Source: Candidatus Latescibacterota bacterium
GTDB taxonomy: Bacteria > Latescibacterota > UBA2968 > UBA8231
NCBI GenBank assembly: GCA_965221775.1
Contig: CBDCSU010000005.1
Span: 384,001-448,000, forward strand
DNA: 64,000 nt
Reading direction: 5' to 3'
Shown one piece after another: positions 58,712 to 64,000 of the stretch. Each line of letters starts with the position of its first letter. Within the stretch, counting starts at the first letter, position 1. The translations under genes and the position numbers were made by a program. The notes under the pieces are model-generated. The model worked only from the letters and a program-made list of their open reading frames with translations. It searched no databases and was not told the DNA's origin.

Positions 58712-59725
58712 ATGTCCCCTGCCCTTCTTCTCCTCCTCCTGACCCTGGTGCCCGGCGCGCTCCTCGGCCAGGAGCGGCCACCGACGCCGGTCATCGTCGC
58801 CGAGGTCCTCGAACAGCCCCTCGTCGAGGATCTCTCCTTCGTCGGGCGCATCCTGCCCGTGCGTTCCAGCCGGGTCGCCGCCGAGACCGAGGGCAAGGTG
58901 GTGCAGCGGTTCAGGGACGCCGGCCAGACCGTGCGCGCCGGCGACCCCCTCTTCGCCCTGGCCAACGATCCGCTCCAGGCGGCGCTGGAAGAAGCGGAGG
59001 CCGATCTCGCGCTGAGGCGCTTCATCCACGACGGCAGCCGCCGGTTGCGCGCCACCGACTCGGTCTCGGAGCAGGACCTGCGCGTCAACGCCTTCGAGCT
59101 GGCGCGCGCCGAAGCCCGGCTGAGCGGCCTCCAGGCCCAGGTGGAGAACCTCCTCGTCCGCGCCCCCTTCTCCGGGCACATCGTCCGCACCTCCACCGAG
59201 GTGGGAGAGTGGGTCGGCCGCGGCGGCGAGATCGCCCAGGTGATCTCCATCGACACGGTGCGCGTCATCGTCGAGGTGCCCGAGCACCATGTGCCGCAGC
59301 TGGCCTTGGGGGACACCGCCGCCATCCTCGTCGACGCCCTCGGCGGCGATCCGGTCCACGGCCTCGTAACCGTCATCTCCGCCGAAGGCTACGCCGCCTC
59401 GCGCACCTTCCCGGTCGTCGTCGAGGCCGCCAATCCGGCAGGCCGCATGCGCAGCAACATGTCGGCGCGGGTGCGCTTCCGTATCGCCCAGGCGACGGCA
59501 TCGCTCCTGGTGCACAAGGACGCCCTGGTCTCCGGTCCTCGGGGGCAGGTGGTGTACCTCGCCCGCGACGGCAAGGCCCTCGGCCGCCCCGTCGAAGCCG
59601 GGCTGGCGCACCAGGGTTACGTGGCCGTCACGGGCGACCTCGCGCCCGGCGATCTGGCCGTGGTGCGCGGCAACGAGCGCCTCCGCGACGGCCAGGCGGT
59701 GCGCATCATCCGCCGGCAGCCGTAA
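58712..59725 (+). CDS. RND efflux periplasmic adaptor (membrane fusion protein)
   Basis: AETEGKV..GQTVRAGDPL, hairpin, RAPFSG, VPE, SRTF, GNERLRDG. Confidence 0.9.
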   Translation: MSPALLLLLLTLVPGALLGQERPPTPVIVAEVLEQPLVEDLSFVGRILPVRSSRVAAETEGKVVQRFRDAGQTVRAGDPLFALANDPLQAALEEAEADLALRRFIHDGSRRLRATDSVSEQDLRVNAFELARAEARLSGLQAQVENLLVRAPFSGHIVRTSTEVGEWVGRGGEIAQVISIDTVRVIVEVPEHHVPQLALGDTAAILVDALGGDPVHGLVTVISAEGYAASRTFPVVVEAANPAGRMRSNMSARVRFRIAQATASLLVHKDALVSGPRGQVVYLARDGKALGRPVEAGLAHQGYVAVTGDLAPGDLAVVRGNERLRDGQAVRIIRRQP

Positions 59726-59731
59726 GCCGCC

Positions 59732-62700
59732 ATGCGCCTGATCGCCACAGCCATCCAGCGGCCCGTCAGTGTCACCGTCGGCGTGCTCCTGGTGGCGCTC
59801 TTCGGCCTGATCTCCCTCTTCCGCATCCCCGTTCAGCTCACCCCCGACATCGACCGGCCGATCATCACCGTCTCCACGGTGTGGCCGGGCGCCAGCCCGG
59901 AAGAGGTCGAGCAGGAGATCGTCCAGCGCCAGGAGGAACAGCTCAGGAGCGTCGAGGGACTGGTGCTGATGACCAGCGAGAGCAACGACAGCCGCGGGGT
60001 CGTCTCCCTCGAGTTCAACGTCGGCGTCGATCCGGACGCGGTGATGCTGCTGGTCTCCAACAAGCTCGACCAGGTCTTCGGCTATCCCCTCGACGCCGAG
60101 CGGCCGGTGATCTCGGCCGGCGGCACCGGGCCGAGCGGGGCGATCACCTGGATCATGCTCCAGCCCCTGCCGGACCGCGGCGATCTGGATATCGAGCGCT
60201 ACCGCGACTTCGCCGAGGAGGTCATCAAGACCGCCCTCGAGCGCGTGCCCGGCGTCTCCCGGAGCGACATCTACGGCGGCTACGACCGCCAGCTCCAGGT
60301 CATCGTCGATCCCCGGGCCATGGCCGCGCGCCAGATCACCGTTCAGGACCTGGCCCGGGCCCTGGCCCGCGAGAACGCCAATACCAGCGCCGGGACCTTC
60401 GACGAGGGCAAGCGCCGCTACATCGTGCGCACCGTCGGTCAGTACCAGCAGCCCGGCGACATCGAGCAGGTGGTCGTCCGCTCGGCCGACGGCACCCGGG
60501 TCACCGTCGGCGAGATCGCCCGCACCCGCCTCGGCTACGTCCGCACCGTGGCCTCCGTGCGCCAGAAGGGCCAACCCGCCATCGCCATCAACGCCCGGCG
60601 CGAGACCGGGGCCAACGTCCTCGAAGTCATGGACGGCATCCGCCGCACCATCGGCCAACTCAACGAGGGGCCCCTGGCCCGCGAGGGCCTCTACCTCACC
60701 CAGGTCTACGACGAGACCGACTACATCGACAGCGCCATCGGCCTGGTGCGCTCCAACATCCTCATCGGCGGCACCCTGGCGGTGATGGTGCTCTTCATCT
60801 TCCTGCGCACCGTCAGCTCGGTGGCGATCATCGCCACCGCCATCCCGATCTCGATCGTCGGCACCTTTCTGGCCATGTGGCTCCTGGGCCGCAACATCAA
60901 CGTCATCAGCCTGGCGGGGATGAGCTTTGCCGTGGGCATGGTCATCGACAACGCCATCGTCGCCCTCGAGAACATCTTCCGCCACCAGCAGATGGGGAAG
61001 AGCCGCGCCCGCGCCGCCCTCGACGGGGCCACGGAGGTCTGGGGGGCGCTCCTGGCCAGCACCCTGACCACGGTGGCCATCTTCCTGCCCATCGTCTTCG
61101 TCGAGGACGAGGCCGGTCAGCTGTTCCGCGACATCGCCATCGCCGTCTCCTGCTCGGTGGTGCTCAGCCTGATCGTGGCCGTCTCCGTCATCCCCAGCCT
61201 GGCCAACAAGATCCTCGGCGGCGACAGACGCGGCGGGGGCCGGCTGGCCGCCTGGGGCGAAGGGGTGCGGACCTTCATCGCCCGGAGCGTCTTCCGCATC
61301 AGCGGCAGCACGGTGCTGCGCCTGGGGGTCATCGCAGGGCTGATCGGCCTCTCGGTGGCCATCGCCTGGAACCTGCTGCCCAAATCGGAGTACCTGCCCA
61401 CGGGCAACCGCAACCTGATCTTCGGCATCGTCCTGCCGCCCCCGGGGTACAACCTCGACGAGCTGATCCAGGTGGGCCAGACCGTCGAGGACGTCCTGCG
61501 CCCCCACTGGGAGGCGGCCTCGGACCCCGACGGCCCCCAGGCCCGAGCCCTGCCGGGACCGCCGATCGCCAACATGTTCTTCGTCGCCTTCGGCCGCTCC
61601 GCCTTCATGGGAGCGCGCTCGACCGAGCCGGAGCGGGTGCGCGAGCTGATCCCGATCATCCAGGGGCCGGTCCTGGGCGGGGTGCCGGGGACCTTCGCCG
61701 TCGTGCAGCAGTCGAGCCTCTTCCAGCGCGCCACCGGCAGCGGGCGCTCCATCGACATCGAGATCACCGGGCCCGATCTGGACCACCTCGTCGGGCTGGG
61801 GGGACGGGTATTCGGCCAGGTCCGGCAGGTCGTGCCCGGCGCCCAGGCCCGCCCCATTCCCAGCCTCGACCTGGGCAATCCGGAAGTCCGCATCCTCCCC
61901 GACCGCGTGCGCGCCGCCGACCTGGGCCTGTCGGCGCGCGACATCGGCTCGGCGGTCAATGCGCTGATGGATGGCGCCATCGTCGACGGCTACCAGTTCC
62001 AGGGCGAGGAGATCGACCTGGTGCTGCGGGGCGAGGAGGACTGGTTCCGCACCCAGGATATCGCCGCCCTGCCGATCTACACCCCGCGGGGCCAGCTGGT
62101 GCCGCTGAGTGCCGTGGCCCGCGTCGAAGTGACCACCGGCCCCGAGCAGATCAACCACATCGAGCGCGACCGGGCGATCACCGTCCGGGTCATCCCGCCG
62201 GAGACCGTTCCCCTGGAGACGGCCCTCGACGCGCTGCGGACCGAGATCGTCCAGCCCCTCGTCGATTCCGGCGATCTGGCCCCGCCCTACCAGATCCAGC
62301 TCTCCGGCTCGGCCGACGACCTGCGGCGCACCCGCCAGGCCTTGCAGTGGAACTTCCTGCTGGCCCTGGTGATCACCTACCTGCTGATGGCCGCCCTCTT
62401 CGAGAGCTTCCTCTACCCCTTCGTCATCATGCTCAGCGTGCCCCCGGCGCTGGCGGGCGGCATCCTCGGGCTGGAGGTCGTCAACCGGACGCTGACCTAT
62501 CAGCCCCTCGACATCCTCACCATGCTCGGCTTCGTCATCCTCATTGGCGTGGTCGTCAACAACGCCATCCTCATCGTCCACCAGACGCTCAACATCCTGC
62601 GGGAGGCGCCCGAGACCCCGCTCGGAGAGGCGATCCACGACGCCGTCTTCAGCCGCGTGCGGCCGATCTTCATGTCCACGATCACCAGCGCCCTGGGGAT

Positions 62701-62875
62701 GCTGCCGCTCGTCGTCTTCCCCGGCGCCGGGTCCGAGCTCTACCGGGGCCTGGGCAGCGTCGTCATCGGCGGCCTGCTGCTGTCCACCTTGTTCACCCTC
62801 TTCCTGGTGCCGACCTTCCTCAGCCTGGCGATGGATCTGAGAGCCTGGGTCGGCCGCGCCGGGAAGGCGATGTAG
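59732..62875 (+). CDS. RND efflux permease (AcrB/AcrD/AcrF family)
   Basis: PGASPEEVE, GMVIDNAIV..ENI, TLTTVAIFLP, RVRPIFMST, LFLVP; 1047 aa. Confidence 0.93.
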   Translation: MRLIATAIQRPVSVTVGVLLVALFGLISLFRIPVQLTPDIDRPIITVSTVWPGASPEEVEQEIVQRQEEQLRSVEGLVLMTSESNDSRGVVSLEFNVGVDPDAVMLLVSNKLDQVFGYPLDAERPVISAGGTGPSGAITWIMLQPLPDRGDLDIERYRDFAEEVIKTALERVPGVSRSDIYGGYDRQLQVIVDPRAMAARQITVQDLARALARENANTSAGTFDEGKRRYIVRTVGQYQQPGDIEQVVVRSADGTRVTVGEIARTRLGYVRTVASVRQKGQPAIAINARRETGANVLEVMDGIRRTIGQLNEGPLAREGLYLTQVYDETDYIDSAIGLVRSNILIGGTLAVMVLFIFLRTVSSVAIIATAIPISIVGTFLAMWLLGRNINVISLAGMSFAVGMVIDNAIVALENIFRHQQMGKSRARAALDGATEVWGALLASTLTTVAIFLPIVFVEDEAGQLFRDIAIAVSCSVVLSLIVAVSVIPSLANKILGGDRRGGGRLAAWGEGVRTFIARSVFRISGSTVLRLGVIAGLIGLSVAIAWNLLPKSEYLPTGNRNLIFGIVLPPPGYNLDELIQVGQTVEDVLRPHWEAASDPDGPQARALPGPPIANMFFVAFGRSAFMGARSTEPERVRELIPIIQGPVLGGVPGTFAVVQQSSLFQRATGSGRSIDIEITGPDLDHLVGLGGRVFGQVRQVVPGAQARPIPSLDLGNPEVRILPDRVRAADLGLSARDIGSAVNALMDGAIVDGYQFQGEEIDLVLRGEEDWFRTQDIAALPIYTPRGQLVPLSAVARVEVTTGPEQINHIERDRAITVRVIPPETVPLETALDALRTEIVQPLVDSGDLAPPYQIQLSGSADDLRRTRQALQWNFLLALVITYLLMAALFESFLYPFVIMLSVPPALAGGILGLEVVNRTLTYQPLDILTMLGFVILIGVVVNNAILIVHQTLNILREAPETPLGEAIHDAVFSRVRPIFMSTITSALGMLPLVVFPGAGSELYRGLGSVVIGGLLLSTLFTLFLVPTFLSLAMDLRAWVGRAGKAM

Positions 62876-62936
62876 GGGCGACCTCCGGCGCGCGCCCGCG
62901 GATCGTCACCGCCCTCGAAACCTCAGGAGATTCCCA

Positions 62937-64000
62937 ATGCAATTCGGCCAGTTCTATCTGCTGGAAACCCCGCCCGGCAAGGACCACGCCCAGGTCTATC
63001 ACGAAGCGTTCGAACAGTTCAAGCTCATGGACGAAACGGGCTGGGACGCCATCTGGCTGGCGGAGCACCACTTCGACCACAAGGCGCCGGGAGCCAACTA
63101 CTACTCGATCACCTCGTCCATCCATACCATGGCCGCGTACGCCTCGGCCATTACCGAACGCATCAAGATCGGCACCGCGGTTGTCGTGCTGCCCTTCCAC
63201 AATCCCGTCATCGTTGCGGAGGACTTCGCCACCGTTGACATCATGTCGAAGGGACGACTCCTCTTCGGCGTGGGGCGCGGTTACCAGGCCGAGGAGTTCT
63301 ACAACTGGGGAATCGACCTGGAGGAGAGCCGCGACCGGTTCCAGGAAGAGCTGGATATCATCCTCAAAGCCTGGACGGGGCCGGTCGAATACGACGGCAA
63401 ATTCCACAAGGTCAGGAAGGTCAACGTCATCCCGAAGCCCGTACAACAGCCCCACCCGCCGGTCTACGTTGCGGCGGTGAGTCCCTCCACGTACGAGTGG
63501 GTCATCAAGAACGGCCACAACGTCCTGACCTCCTTCCTGCACCCCTACGACGAGGTCTTCCAGCTCTACGAGTCGTACCACAAGACCGCGGAGGCATGCG
63601 GAATGTCGGGCAAGCTGGAGTTCCCCCTGGCCAGGTTCCTCTACGTGGCCGAATCCACCCAGAAGGCCCGGGAGGAGTGCCACGACCAGCTCATGTGGTA
63701 CTTCCGCACCCTGCTGGCCGAGGTGATCGCGCCGCCGCCGGAAATGGCGCCTCCCGGCCAGATGGAGTTCTACCAGGGACTGAAACAGAGGTTCTCGACC
63801 ATCACCTTCGACGAGATCCTGGCCGATCACGCCATCGTGGGCGATCCGGACTTTGTCGCCGACAAGATCGGCTGGATCCAGAAACACACGGGACTGCAGA
63901 ACTTCATGGGGTGGACCCGCATCGGGGACCTGAGCCCCGACCTGGTCTGCAAGTCCCTTCGCATGTTCTCGGAACACGTCGCGCCCGCCTTCAAGGAGGA
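62937..64000 (+). CDS. LLM-class (luciferase-like) flavin-dependent oxidoreductase; stop lies beyond the window
   Basis: Manual translation: MQFGQFY...WLAEHHF...RIKIGTAVVVLPFHNPV..AEDFATVD...GVGRGY...PKPVQQPHPP. AGGAG RBS. Confidence 0.9.
   Translation, partial: MQFGQFYLLETPPGKDHAQVYHEAFEQFKLMDETGWDAIWLAEHHFDHKAPGANYYSITSSIHTMAAYASAITERIKIGTAVVVLPFHNPVIVAEDFATVDIMSKGRLLFGVGRGYQAEEFYNWGIDLEESRDRFQEELDIILKAWTGPVEYDGKFHKVRKVNVIPKPVQQPHPPVYVAAVSPSTYEWVIKNGHNVLTSFLHPYDEVFQLYESYHKTAEACGMSGKLEFPLARFLYVAESTQKAREECHDQLMWYFRTLLAEVIAPPPEMAPPGQMEFYQGLKQRFSTITFDEILADHAIVGDPDFVADKIGWIQKHTGLQNFMGWTRIGDLSPDLVCKSLRMFSEHVAPAFKE

Noticed and set aside
58481-63480. 1385-aa minus-strand and 1423-aa plus-strand ORFs
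   Set aside because: Shadow and off-frame ORFs over the RND genes, expected at this GC content.

Overview
Very GC-rich, densely coding bacterial chromosomal window from a diderm organism (it has TolC and RND genes). About 55 genes are supportable. I found no rRNA, tRNA, CRISPR array or intact mobile element. In order, the window holds: a secreted FG-GAP propeller protein and a DUF4838 protein; queC; an FAH/MFS/MFS/RraA catabolic unit; moaA, a FolC fused to an ATP-grasp domain, and a trans-sulfuration enzyme; a form II-like cox/xanthine dehydrogenase cluster with maturases; an ABC-2 exporter; a GmrSD-type nuclease coupled to a minimal SET-domain gene; a membrane protein/GMC/Gfo-Idh-MocA unit; an adenosine deaminase-like gene paired with a NadX-like gene; a decayed nuclease; two PhyH dioxygenases around purN and a monofunctional purH; dapAB; an RND pump; and a partial LLM monooxygenase. 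The best candidate for an undescribed system is 48460-56749. There, a TolC gene and two paralogous proteins (signal peptide, adaptor-like alpha-hairpin, Ig/NEW3 domains, C-terminal membrane anchor) are divergently linked through a palindromic promoter region to an ABC ATPase and two large-loop permeases. This may be a tripartite exporter that uses non-canonical, C-terminally anchored periplasmic adaptors. All calls come from motif recognition by eye and no searches were run. Many start codons were re-chosen from the ORF track.
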